Source: Vicugna vicugna
Lineage: Eukaryota
DNA: 64,000 nucleotides
Direction: 5' to 3'
Assembly: GCA_013265495.1 (NCBI GenBank)
Contig: MU058337.1
Location: forward strand, 4,630,716 to 4,694,715
The translations under genes and the position numbers were made by a program. This document shows, in pieces, positions 39,170 through 51,661 of this stretch; position 1 is the stretch's first letter; every line of letters starts with the position of its first letter. Below the pieces are notes generated by a model. The model was not told where the DNA came from. It saw nothing but the letters and a program-made list of their open reading frames with translations, and made no database searches.

Positions 39170-39478
39170 TTTTTAGATTCCATATATAAGTGATATCATG
39201 TGATATTTTTCTTTCTCTGTCTGACTCACTTCACTTAGTGTGATAATCTCCAGGTCCATCCATGTTGCTGCAAATGGCATTATTTCATTCTTTTTTATGG
39301 CTGAGTAGTATTCCATTGTATATGTGTGTGTATATATATGTGTATTTATACATACGCACACACCACATCTTATTTATCCAGTCATCTGTGAATGGACATT
39401 TAGGTTGCTTGCATGTCTTGGCTATTGTAAATTGTGCTGCATTTATCTTTTCAAATTGGAGTTTTCTCCAGATATATG
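39170..39478 (-). mobile_element. L1 ORF2 C-terminus / 3' UTR fragment
   Basis: Minus ORFs read FTIAKTCKQPKCPFTDDWINKMW and MEYYSAIKKNEIMPFAATWMDLEIITLSEVSQTEKEKYHMISL. Confidence 0.9.
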
Positions 39479-40833
39479 CTTCTTCTTTTGTTATTCTTAA
39501 AAGACCTCTTGGATGTGTGTGATCTGGGTTCTCGATCTTTTCATTTTTTTCCCTCTCTTCCATCAACTCATACCATCCCTTCATGTTCTCAAATCAAAAC
39601 ACCGCTCAGTAATAATCTGGAGTTTGGTGGGTACTGCACCCAACCTGAGCTCCCAGGTGGTAACTGAGTGGTCTTGGATACTTCTCTAATCAATGAATAT
39701 ATTTTATTATAATTGTTAAATTCCAATTTTATCTTCTAAAAGCTACCTTCTCTTCTGGAGTCTGTCCCACATCAAGTATGCCTTGTAAAGGTGCCCTGAC
39801 ATGGGACAGTTTAGAGGATGTGTACATTGATGTACCAAGAGAATCCTAGGTGAGTTTAACACAGTCACAAGATTGGCCTTTTAGAAACTGGGTGATGATG
39901 GGTGCTGCTTCTCTCACTGCAGACATGACTTTAACCCAAGTAGACACTTACTAAACCAAGCAGTAGTGGTCTCTGGTACCCCAGCGCAAGTCTCTGAGAC
40001 AGATGAAACACTCTGACTTTTTTTTTTTCTCTTCTAATTGCCCATCAGAAGCAGAATTTCTTGATGAGGTAATTACTTACCCACAACTTACCCAGGAAAT
40101 TACATTACTTTGTAATCTTGCCTCATTTACAAGCAAGGGTAAATCTTCTATGGCAGAGCTTTCTGATGGCATCTCTACCTATGGGTTAGTGAGACACCTG
40201 GCTGTACATAACACTCTGTTTTCGTTCTTGTTTTAGAATCCTAATTTACTTCCTTAAATGAGTTGCCTCCCTTCCAGCACTGCTTTGTTTCCTGTTCTTT
40301 ATTGTATGAGTGTGTTTGTGTATAATGGACTGAATGTAGCTCAGTAAAATCTTCCTATCACTGTATTTAATACCCAAAGATGGTTGGACGTTTGTATTTG
40401 CTCTTGGTCCTGGTTTTTTATTCAGTCCCTTTCAAGCTCAAATTTGGTTGAACTTTGATCAGAATAAATGGCCAAACGAGTTGTAGATTATAAGGGAAAC
40501 ATTTGCTTTCTCAGGAAGACGGCAGTGAAAGAGAAATTCCGAGGTGGCCTACACTGTGTTTCTGCTTGACAGGGACAAAATGATTCAGTTTTAATTGATG
40601 GAAACAGAGCACTGAGAACAATGAGCAGAATAAAAGGGGTTAGAATCTGAGCTCTTGTTCCAAAGCAAGAATCATCGGGTAAATTTAAATGGAACTATCT
40701 GAGATGATCAGTGATTTAGAGGTGTCACCCAACTATTTGTTGAAATGGCCTATTAACTATGAATCGAAAAAGAATGCAAGTTGGCCAGCAGCATGCAGTC
40801 TCTACTGTATTTTCTCTGGGACTTCAGCCACAC

Positions 40834-41050
40834 CAGTGGTTCTCAGCTGGGAGTCATTTTGCTCCCTAGGGACGTTTGGCAATGTCTGAGACATTTTCAG
40901 CTGTCATGACTGAGGGATAGTGCTACAGGCATCTGTCTAGTGGGTAGGGGCCAGGGATGCTGATAAACATCCTATTGTACACAGGTCAGCCCTTACCACA
41001 GAGAATTATCTGGCCCTGAACCTCAGTAGTGCTGCTGTCGAGACACCCTG
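40834..41050 (+). mobile_element. MER20 hAT-Charlie MITE, essentially full length (217 bp)
   Basis: cagtggttctcagc...ttttgctccctagggacgtttggcaatgtctgagacatttt...ggccagggatgctgataaacatcct...agaattatctggccc...gagacaccctg. Confidence 0.88.
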
Positions 41051-41089
41051 AGCTTTACCAACAGCTACGACCAGATGTTGGGTGTCCCT

Positions 41090-41203
41090 TACTACCAGGC
41101 TCACACAGAGGTCTTCTGGAGACTTGTGGCATCACTGCTCCTTAGGTACTACCAGGCTCACACAGAGGTCTTCTGGAGACTTGTGGCATCACTGCTCCTT
41201 AGG
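41090..41203. repeat. Perfect 57-bp tandem duplication
   Basis: tactaccaggctcacacagaggtcttctggagacttgtggcatcactgctccttagg at 41090-41146 and 41147-41203. Confidence 0.97.
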
Positions 41204-41879
41204 AATCTCAATAAAGTATAAAACTGCTTCTGGGGCTTGGAGTTACCTGGAGTGATTTCTTATCTGGGGTCCCTGGGCTCTCCTGGCAGCTCCTATAAAC
41301 CCCGTGCTGAGGGGTTTTAGGATCCTGGTTCAGTTCCTGGGACCTGCCGGTAACCGATGTTCAACCGTCCCCTCAGGACTGGTCCAGAGCTCTGGCAGAT
41401 CCCTTCTGATGACTTTGCCTTTCTCCTGCGTTTTAGGAGAAAATTCTGGAACCCTCCCAAGCACTCTGGATTCTGGGTATGTGTAATAGGCACTTACCAT
41501 CCGATTAATTAAGAGCAATATTAACTAGATTAACTTTATGAAGACAGCTACCTATTACATATTTGTTTGGGGGAGATCATTAATTTAATTCAATCAGCAT
41601 TTTCATGGTCACCCTTGCTCTCTATTGCTGGGGTGGAAATCCTTACTGCTCTGCGGTGGTATTAACATGTGTCGTCTTTTATAGTCTACCTTTGCCTGAC
41701 CTTCAATATCTCAAAACAACTTGAGGTGGAGAGAAGAATCTGCATCTTATTTATAAGATGTCCAAGTGAGTGGAAGCTTTTCTGTTCCAGGTTACTTCTA
41801 ATCTAGATTCAAGAAGCTTACATGATTCTTACTCTTTTTTAATTTATATGGTTAACAAAGCTTTCATCTCTGTCATTTT

Positions 41880-42000
41880 AAGTAACCCTCAGCCTGGAAA
41901 GCAGGTATAATTATTTTCATTCCCATTTTGTTGATGAGGAAACTGAAGCTCAGCAAAGCTATGCAGTAGCTCAGTGGCAGAATCAGAACCTAAATGCTGT
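41880..42000 (-). mobile_element. MIR SINE fragment
   Basis: cccattttgttgatgaggaaactgaagctcag is the antisense MIR core. Confidence 0.7.
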
Positions 42001-42103
42001 TTTTCCCCCAGAAACTAGTGACTCTCCTTCTGTAGCAGAGGTAGGCCTCCCCATGGTGGCCTCTGCCACATAAGTATATGTTAACCCTTAGGATGTGTCC
42101 TGT

Positions 42104-42923
42104 TGTGACAGAAGAACACAGCACAATCTGTCTCCTGTGTGTCCCCTTTACCTTCACAGAGAACACTACACTCACCACACTTCTGGTCACCAAATGTGTG
42201 GAGGTTTTTCCCAACAACAAGCAATTCTCTGCAACACCAGCTGGATGGCCCACAATTTCACCAGCATTCTGATACTGTCTACCCAGAGACAGTGTCAGAT
42301 ACCACAGGCTAAGGGCTCAGTCCCACAAGACTGCCCCCCAGCGCCCCCACTATAGATGCCAGTTGCCCAGGGCATCTGGCCAACCGGTTGTAGATGGGAG
42401 TTCCAATAACCCCTTCCTGAGTTTAATTACTTTGCTAGAGCGGCTCACAGAACTCAGTGAAAGACGTTTACCAGTTTATTACAGAACATGATAAAGGATA
42501 CAGAAGAACATCCAGATGGAAGAGATTTGTAGGCAAGGTGTGTGGGAAGGGGCCTGGAGCTCCCTGCCCTCTCTGACCTCAGCACTCTCCCCGCACCTCC
42601 ATGTTCGCCAACCTGGAAGCTCTCTGAACCCCCTACTTCTGGGTTTTATGGTGACTTCCTCACTTAGGCATGGTCCATTGTTAACTCTGTTTCTAGCCCC
42701 TCTCCCTTCTCTGGAGGGAGTCGGGGGTTAGGCTGAAAATTCCAAGCTTCTAATCATGGCTTAGTTTTTCTGGGGACCATCCAGGAGCCCATCCAGAGTT
42801 GCCTCAACAGACAAAAGATGCTCCTGGTGCTCTTATCACTTGGAATTTACAAGGATTTCAGGAGCTCTGTGCAAGGGACTGGGGCAGGGAGCTATCTATA
42901 CGTATGTATTATGTTATCTCATA
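42104..42923 (-). mobile_element. MER21-family solo LTR
   Basis: cacttctggtcaccaaatgtgtgg...gggctcagtcccacaagactgccccc...ttgctagagcggctcacagaactcag. Begins TG and ends cata (decayed CA). Flanks cctgt (42099-42103) and cctgc (42924-42928). Confidence 0.82.
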
Positions 42924-45487
42924 CCTGCTTTAACTCCTCTCAGTGCCACTTACATCTGTCAAGTGGTTTATTTTTTTCCTGTCTGATTCCAAATGTGCAC
43001 AATGCTTTTTCCAGTTTCCTTCTTTCCTAACATGGTCCAGACAGATAGGATTAGCCTCGTAGACATTTAGATGTCTGGGGTCAGTAATAAATTGTGCCCA
43101 GGCTGGTCCAGCATTATGTTGACTTAGTTTTGTCCATTTGTGGGTTATGGCTTGTGTAGGCTGAGCTGCAGAACAAGGAAAGTGAGTTTTGTGGGAGGGT
43201 AAATTTCATTTCTCATTTATGTGATGTTTAGATGATGGTGCACTTTTGCCAATAAAGGGAATATTGTTTGGTGATTAAAAGAGGCTTGGTAAATGGACAG
43301 AACTGGCTAAATTATTTGGAGGATGCTAGAACACATAAAGGGAGTGGCACCTGATATGGACTGAAGCACCCATGCTATTGGAGTTACCACCCCTGTAACC
43401 TGTGCGCCTGCCTCCAGGATGCTCCTGGGTGATTTGGACCATGTAGTGCAGTCCTGTGAAGTCCCACAGGATCAGGACTGGATGACTGGCACCCCCACTG
43501 GATTTTGGCCCCACTCAGCTCCTGGCCTCAGTCCGCTGTGCAGTGCACAAACTATTTACAGTATGCAGCAGCCCTGAGGACTAAGAAAATACTGTTTCAT
43601 TATGAAATCCCACTTCCTGACATTTTAAAAGATTGAGTCTGGAAATGAGTAAAACAAAAACCAACAAGCTAACTGAGAAGGCTCTTGGGCGACCAACAAA
43701 GCTTTCCCAAAGGCCAGACTCTTACAGCCCTCACACAGAGCCTGCTGACTACAATTGACAGCTGACAGATTGAATGCAGGAGAGGCGACAGAAGACGATT
43801 ACAGCAGACACCCAGGCCGTCAAAAGTCAGCAGCCTGGAGGAAAGCTAGGTCCCGCATCCCCACGGTCTCCAAGGGCACAGATGTTATACCAGTGAGTAA
43901 TGACTGTATGTAACATTCATGTTTATAATGACTCCAGTGAGTAATAAAATCACTGAATTATTTTCAGAGGTTGTATTTTTAATGGCTGACATTTTAATTG
44001 TTGATATGCATAGGAGTGAGCTCTAGTTATCATGAAAATTCACTTATGTAGGATGTTTAATTCCTTGATGAGGTTTAGTTAAACCGAGAATTGCAAAGTA
44101 CTATATATAGCTATTATTTTGTCATGACATTTGTAAATAAAGGAACAACATTGTATACCTCATTCTTTAGAATGGATCATTAAATAATTAAATATTCCAA
44201 AAATATTTTGGAGCTAGAGATTTTATAATATGCTAAATGTCTTGAATGATGTTTTTAAACTCTGTTCAATGAAGAATTAGATTTTGAGGATGTTAATTGG
44301 AGTTCTCTGAAAAAAATATTCCTTGGATAAATGAATTCGGGAGATATTAGGATTAATGATGTAAACCCACTGTCGCAGGGCTTTTCAGGAGTTCTAACAT
44401 GTTAAAATGCATTTTGGAACATAACAGGTAACGCATGCCACACTTGTTATATAAACTATATAAACTCATGACTAAACTCCACTCCACTCTGCCTGCCCAT
44501 CCCTTTCCATCCTGGGTAGGGGCGAACTCCTCCTAGCCTGCAGGAGAACTGGCTGGGGCCATGGCATTTGATCACCCTCAGGTGATAAAACTCCTCTTGC
44601 TATAAAAACAGATAGTTCCAAAAGCATATGTACAACATACTGTGAATAATTAAAACTCTAAACAGGTGCATTAACTCAGTCTTGGACTTCTCCCAGGTCA
44701 GGTGTAGTTCAACTGGACACCTGTGTCCCAGGAAATGGTGGCGACCTCCTTACTTCCCTCCTCCCTTTGGCAGCTGCCACTCAACTCCCTGGTAGGTAAG
44801 AGGGTAAGAAAGACAAGTGTGGCCCAGCTCTGCTGTTTTCTCTTATCTTGGCCTCTGTTCAAGCTCACCCTTCTCCCCTGATGGTGCTTTCATAGGCTTC
44901 CTCTCTCATTGGTATAGTGACACAGAACACGTGCTTCTTTCTACCTGGAGGTGACCTCTTCCCAAACCCTGGGCCCGGTGCCTCCCACCTTGTTCTGCAG
45001 AGGTAACTTCCTCTGCCAGGAGGCTTACAGAGAAGGAGCCCAGGCCCATTCTCTCTCCTGCTTAGCTCCTGTCTGGTCTGGGAGGAGCACTCATGCATCC
45101 CTGTCCCCATGAGTCTGGGCGCAGGTCACCCTGCGTCTGCCTTCAGAGAAGCTGGTCAGCCCTTCTCCCAGCCCATGCAGTCATTGGTTCTGAAATCCCT
45201 TTCAGGTTTCCCATGAGGAGGAGGAAGGAAACTCTATTGCATTCTAACTCGGAAGAAATCCTTTCTGTATCTTTACTCTCACCGGAGTTTGAGCGATGTG
45301 GGAGACTTCCCAGGACCATTCTCTTCCTAAGTCTGCTCAGGGATTGGAGGACAGGGAGGGGCACTAGCCCCCTCATCCTCACCTGCTTATGTGAGCACCT
45401 CCAGGGCAGCAACTTGCTTGAAATGGACACAGGTGAAGTCTTGTTCTAACACCTAGTGTCATTTATTTTACCACAGAAGATACCCCA

Positions 45488-45511
45488 GCACACACATACA
45501 CACACACACAC
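45488..45511. repeat. (CA)n microsatellite
   Basis: gcacacacatacacacacacacac, read directly. Confidence 0.85.
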
Positions 45512-45559
45512 TTACTTTTCAGTACCGAACTGTAACTTTCTGAGTAGTTGGTGACTGTT

Positions 45560-46765
45560 TCACATTAGCCTCCATTCTTCACTGTCTATTGCATCCTTGA
45601 TTTTCAGCTACTGCTACCATTATTCTGTAAAACTGCTATCTGCAAGATCACCAGTTTCTTTCTGATTGTGTAATTCATTTACCTTTTATCCAGTACCCAG
45701 GCTTTCTGACCATTTCAGAACTTTCCCATTCCATGGTAACAACAGTATACTCTCAAGGTTCTCTTTATTTTTCTAAACATTTCTTCTTCACTGTCTCTTT
45801 TCCCCTTGCTCCCAAGGAAGAGATTTTTCCATGGAAATCTCATGCGTGGCAATAGAAGCTCTTAACTCTTCACCTTCAGGCTTTGACTTCCCTTCCAGCC
45901 ACCATTTACTTGGCTCCAACCATCTGTGCCCAGTACATGTTTCTGTATGGATGTGCTGCTGTTCCTAGAACGCTTATCCAGAACTAAATCACCTCTTTCC
46001 CAGGACATGCCTTCCTGGGCTCCCCTGTCTATCAGTGTTACAACAGTAGCACTGCAGTCCTCCTGATCCAGGCTTGAAATTTTAATATTAGGACTCCACC
46101 TGCTCTTTTGCTTTATAAGTGATCAGTCAGTAAGTTTCAATGGTTCTTTCCTCTGGTGCTGCTTTCTCCTTTTCTTCCCACTACTCATCTTCTTCAGTCC
46201 TTTTTTACAAGAGACTAGTCTGCACATTTTTCTTTGCTTGTAGTATTTCTTTCTGCACACAATATGTTTCGCACATTTCACCTGAAATCATCCTGAAACA
46301 TAGCTTGATTCTATTAATTCTTGGTTCAAAATAGATATCTCACAATTTCTTGACAAATTAAGTCCAAATCTAACTTGGAACCCCAAACTCTGTGTAATCT
46401 GCCCCAACTTTCCTCCCCCAACCTATCCTCCACTTAACTCCTTTACACAAGCGCTGGACTTGAGTCACGCTGGCATCCATGTTTTTATGCTGAATTTAGT
46501 AAGTATTTCCCAGCCCCCTCCTCTTAATTTGAGTCTTGAAAATCCTAGAGAAGGTGTATGTTCCTTCAGTAACAACATGCATCTGTAACATTTCCTCATT
46601 TTATCTGTTCCCTCGTTTGCTTTAGTTGGTAAAGAAGTACACGTTAATAATTTCTGGGTCTAAAAGACAGGGAGAGTGTTTTCTGCTTCTTTACGTGTCC
46701 CTTCGTGCTGAACCCAGTGCCCTGCAAGTGGAGTGCATACTAAGCTAATATTCACCGATTGAAAC
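45560..46765 (+). mobile_element. Diverged L2 LINE
   Basis: Pyrimidine-rich region ending aaaagacagggagagtgttttctgcttctttacgtgtcccttcgtgctgaacccagtgccctgcaagtggagtgcatac, which resembles the L2 sense tail. Confidence 0.5.
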
Positions 46766-48009
46766 AGAGTCAGTCACAAGTTGTCTAACAAACTTGAAAG
46801 TGGCATTTCCTCACGTTGTGTTTTTCTGTATCCACATTTGCTTTGCCTTCTCCACCAGCGCCAACTCCATCTCTTTCAAGTAAGTGTCTTTGCACGTGTG
46901 TGGATTGATGGGCACGTGTGCCAGCTCATCCCGATTCTAAAAAGTTGACACAATTACATTTGTGTAGCATTGTTTGCTTTCCTTTGTTCATTCAATGTTT
47001 GAGGACTAATTGATGTTTGGAGATCTTAACAACATTACCACGGCGGCAAGGTAGTGGAACAGTTTCAACGTGGATGAGCCTTTACTTTTTCAGTTCTCAC
47101 ATTTGGTGTGCTCATTGTTAACGTTTTTTGAGAGGGCTTGTAGCTTAGAAACAAGGAGAAATGAATTCTGGGAATAAACCTCTCTTTTGCCTGCGAGATA
47201 TCTTGGCCAAGCAATTACTTGGCCTTTCTGTGCTTCAGTTCTTTTCTAAGACAAAGGGAAATGATAACATCCACCTGTTACACAACCTGTTTTAAAAAGA
47301 AAGGAATAAAACGCAATATTAACAATGTGTGCACTATGTTCAATCACAGGCAGTTTTTCAAGAAGTAAGTAGGGAAAATGATGGCATACAGATTGAACTG
47401 ATTGTAAGTTGTAATTAATGTTTTGATTACTTCACTTTTAAATTGGATAAAGTGGATCTCTCTTGCACTTGGGTTGGTCCCTGACTGTTGAACGAAAACC
47501 AAATTTTGGACGTAAAATGATCCTTTAAGTGCTGATCTCAAGTCCCGTATTTGTTTTTGAGGATGAAAGAAGCCCCAACACATGCAGTTGTGCTTGTTAA
47601 GTGCTATGGTGCTGTCAGATGTCCACTTACTCTCATAGACAGTGTGTTTTCAGGAAACCTTAGCACACGTTATCATACTATACCAATTATTTTTTCATGA
47701 GGGTTCTGTAGGAGGAAAAACTAGAAGAAACTCTATCAAAATATTAATGGTAGCTGAGTTAGAGTTTATGGGTAATTTTTTCTAATTCCAAGATGCTGTT
47801 ACTTATTTAATTAATTCATTTCTTCATTTAGTAACCATTCTATTGAATGCCTGCCATGTGCCATTTTGCTGAGCCCTTGCCACGCAAATGTGGATAAAAC
47901 CAACATGGTCCCTTCTTTGGTGAAACTTAGTCTACATTTTGTAAAGACTCACCAGAAATACTTTAAAGAAAGTTCTAATAATTGTTCTCTATGTCTTCTA
48001 GCCAATTCT

Positions 48010-48195
48010 TTTCTGAAATTTTATTTTGTTGTGGTTAGAACACTAAACATGAGTGCTCCCCTCTCAACACATTTTTAAGTGTAAAATACATGCTGCTGAC
48101 GATACGCAGTGTGTTGCACAGCAGGCCTCTCGGGCTTAGTCCTCTTGTGAATTAATGGGCAGAGCGCTGCGGTTGAGCAAGATGACTATGTTCTA
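48010..48195 (-). mobile_element. Short L1MA-type 3' end with inverted 5' piece (48149-48195)
   Basis: 48020-48147 resembles antisense L1MA9-like 3' UTR; 48149-48195 resembles the adjacent upstream UTR in the opposite orientation. Possible TSD ttctagccaattct / ttctaacagattct. Confidence 0.7.
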
Positions 48196-49594
48196 ACAGA
48201 TTCTAACTGAAGTGCTTGTATTTACATATTACTGTAAGATTGACAAGACATGCCTACATCACTCTTCTGGAGCAATTCTCACAGTAACCTTTGAGAGGTG
48301 GTGCCAGTAGCATCCTGTCTATTTTTCAGGCATGATTCAATAACTCACCACCTCCAAGCTCAGGCAGGCAGGGGAAGGCGTGTGGGATCGTTTAGAGAAG
48401 GGGCACATGTGCAAGTCTGATTTCTCTACTGGTTGGGATTTCTGAAGGGAAGGTGAAATAAATATCTGTGGTGCCATTCCCTAAGCAGGGGGCAATAGTT
48501 TTTCTTTTCTTTCCTTTGACTTTGATTAGGGGTAGTTGGTAGTTTCTACATTTTATATAATGAGAACAAATTGGTGGTTTTTCTGCTGCATTTTTGAAGG
48601 GCTCTCATTCTGCAGTTATTTCATTCCCTGGTTCAAACTCATTAAATTTTTTTTCCTTGTGCACTTATTTATGTGTGCTCACAGAAACATACGTTTCTTC
48701 CTTAGAAAGGACTCCTAGGATATTTGCAGTGATGGACAAGTACACTCGGCCTCTGTCGGGACTGGGGAATAGTCCCCTTCGCTGCCTTAGTTTGAGAAGA
48801 AAATATATTTACTTTACAAAACTAGTTGTGCCAAAATAATCAATGAGTTATCTATCACATGACACCCTAATTTGTACCTGGTTAAAAGATTCAGCTTGCT
48901 GCATGCCACAGCATGAAAAATCTAAAGGACTCAAGATAATTCATGTAGATTCATCAGCTGAGTCCAGACAATCCAAAACGATAAACCAGAATGAGACTTG
49001 AAATGAAAGAATTCTCATCAACCTAGTTGTTGAAGAATTCTTGTTTCAGTGAGAAAGGCTATTCTTTACAACTGTTGTATATAAATATGTGTATTAATTA
49101 AACAAGTACCCCAGTAGCTACACTCTTGCTGACAACCTGCTATTTACCGTTTCCAGGCTAAACGTTTCTTTTAACATCATCTGCTGGATTGTCTTGTTGC
49201 TGTTCTACATGCATGACATGACATGACATTAAGACTCAGAGAAATTAACTAACATGCCTAATATTTGTGTGGTCTTTAAACCACAGTCTGCCTGCCTGTT
49301 TTCCATTTTACCACACTGATACCTCCAAGTTATTTTATAGCAATAATTAAAAATTGGTCCTTTTCCCTCCTTAATTAGCTTTAGTTAAACAATTCCATCA
49401 ATTGTTACTATGAATGTCAGGCCCAGACACTCATTTTTCACCAGTGACTTGGGTTCATAAGACTTAGATAATCTATTTTGGACTTTAAAACTCATTTGCA
49501 TTGCCAGAAATCCATATTCAAATATAGTTGCTGTTGAAAAAGGTACATAGCATTTCTAAAGAGCAGACTTTGGTTGAAGAAACTGACTTTTTTT

Positions 49595-50060
49595 GCATTT
49601 ATTAAGGTAATGATTCAGCTGCTGTGACAGAGACCCCAGATGACTGTAACTTAAAGAAGATAAAAATTTGTTTTTTCTTATGTAATAGTCGAACCGATTT
49701 ATTTTGGTAGCTTAGTTCTGCTTTGCGAGGTCATTCAGAGACCTGGGTTCTTTCTGTATTGTTACTCTGTCTCCTCTGGGTTTTGTCCTTAACTTATGGT
49801 GATAGCTGAGCCACTGGCATAGCCCTGTTCTGGCTTGTGAGAAATGGGAGAAAGAGCGATGGAGTGCATGACCAAGCTTTAATGGCCAAGATATAGAAAT
49901 GACATGTATTTCTGCTTACTTCCATTGACACGGACTTAGTCACAACATGCCTAAGAGCAAAGGAGGCTGGGAAATGTAGTTTCCAGTGGTGCAGCCGTGT
50001 GCCCAGGGCGAGAGCAGAGAAGTGACCTGGAGGGAGCGCCAGCAGTTCGCCATATACTGG
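49595..50060 (-). mobile_element. MaLR solo LTR (MLT1J/K/L-like)
   Basis: agctgctgtgacagagacccc...aacttaaagaagataaaaatttgttttttctt...gcaaaggaggctgggaaatgtagttt. Confidence 0.7.
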
Positions 50061-51383
50061 AAGGACTAGTACGCTAAAAAGATGGGATAGATTGAACAAA
50101 TAGGTTTCCAAGCACAATACTGGGAAAAGGACAAAGGTAAAATATGCAAAGAGGCTAGTGCCCAGAGGAGATGCTGCCATGTCATTTTATGCTATGGCCA
50201 GGGCTTGGCTCTGCCTGCCAGATCCTTTTTTCAAAATTACAGATTTTGGTGTATTTAAATATTAAATATATTTAACATATGAAGAAAAACTTAAATATTA
50301 CATTTAGTATTTTTTTCTATTTACTGAGGAATACTAGAGAAAGAAGAGGTAGGGGCAGGATTGGCTAGGACATCTGTGGGCTCAAAACTTATCAATGCAG
50401 TTTACAAATCTTTTACATGTATCTCATTTTATTTTAGCCTCCCAAACTAGGTTATTCTGATCATGCTTGTTATCTAAATGCTTTAGATTTGAAATTCAGG
50501 CCTATCAGTGGAGGGGGCAGAGGTTTGGTTTCCCATCGCAAAAGCCACTGTATCTCTCATTACCCCACTTTGGGGTCTTAGAGCCTGAAGAGAGCATTTA
50601 GTTTATTTTCCATTTTCAAGTTGCCAGGAGCAAAGGTGCTTTAAACCTTAAATACAAAGCAAGCAAAAGTTGCATGGCTTGTAGAAAATTATTTCCTAAC
50701 TAAAAATAAGACTTCCTGGCAGGACCTATTTGCTGGATCAGAGCTTTAGGGCTTCTCATTGGCAGAACCTTATCTCTAGTGGTTTGTCTATTCTCATTGT
50801 ACTCCAGACAAACACTTTCCTTCTTCATTAAGTGGATTGTTCTGTAGGTAATGGGAGGACAGTTTGGCTGCTACTCATGGAAGGGATTTTTTTTTTTTGA
50901 ATAATGGAAAAAAATAGACTATCTCCATGTTGAAGTTCTTGAGCTCAAATTAGCAAGGCAGATAGACAGGTGATATTTCCTCCACAGCCTGACTCCAGCG
51001 GGATTCTGAACTGTCTTTGTTACTTGTCCCAGTTCCTCCTGACTGATTCTCAACAAAGAAATCTGCATCTTGTAGCTTGATTGTTGTTTCTTCTAAAGAG
51101 TCTCTTTTTATGGTGGGGAAAGAACAGGGCTGCCGTGTTTGGCTGCATGGATTGTATAGGGTGCAGTCCCAGGAGAACTCTAGGAAAGTGAGGGTATCAA
51201 GTGACTCCTGTGATTCCGTACGTACTAGGGTAAAGGCATACGGAGTTTGGAATTGTGCTTCCTTTTTGCAGGAAGGCTCACACATGTATGTAGTCCGTCC
51301 TTTCTATGTGAAGGAAAAAACAGTCATTGGATTGCCTGAGAGGTATAATCTTCTGGCCAGGATGTGTAAGGGCATCCCTTTCT

Positions 51384-51661
51384 TTTTTAGTTTTATTTTT
51401 TTTTATTGAAATACAGTTGACTTACAATGTTGTGTTAGTTTGTGTTGCACAGCATAATGATTCAGTTGCACGTATAGAAATTCTTTTTCATATTTTTTTC
51501 CATTATAAGTTATTACAAGATATTGAGTATAGTTCCCTGCGGTCTACAGTAGGACCTTGTTGTTTATCTATTTTATATGGAGTAGTTTGTATCTGCTAAC
51601 CCCAAACTCCTAATTTATCCCTCTTCTGCCTTTCCCCTTTGGTAGTCGTCAGTTTGTTTTC
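51384..51661 (-). mobile_element. L1 3'-end insertion (artiodactyl-type) with diverged TSD
   Basis: Poly-T followed by attgaaatacagttgacttacaatgttgtgttag...; similar to 6226-6533. TSD tgtgtaagggcatccctttct (51363-51383) vs tgtgtaagagcctccttttct (51662-51682). Confidence 0.85.

Noticed and set aside
33451..41203. CRISPR-like arrays from short direct repeats (33451-33499 and 41090-41203)
   Set aside because: Head-to-tail duplications without unique spacers, no cas genes, and the DNA is mammalian.
41410..41483. 40-nt exon-like segment (ttttag|GAGAAAATTC...TCTGG|gtatgt), and similar ones at ~170-208 (+), ~11530 (-) and ~34518-34625 (-)
   Set aside because: Plausible splice signals but unrecognisable peptides and no consistent exon chain; indistinguishable from background pseudo-exons.
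44500..45450. GC-richer segment that may be an ancient LTR (likewise ~52090-52700)
   Set aside because: I could not match it to a family or find termini or a TSD by eye; needs a Dfam search.
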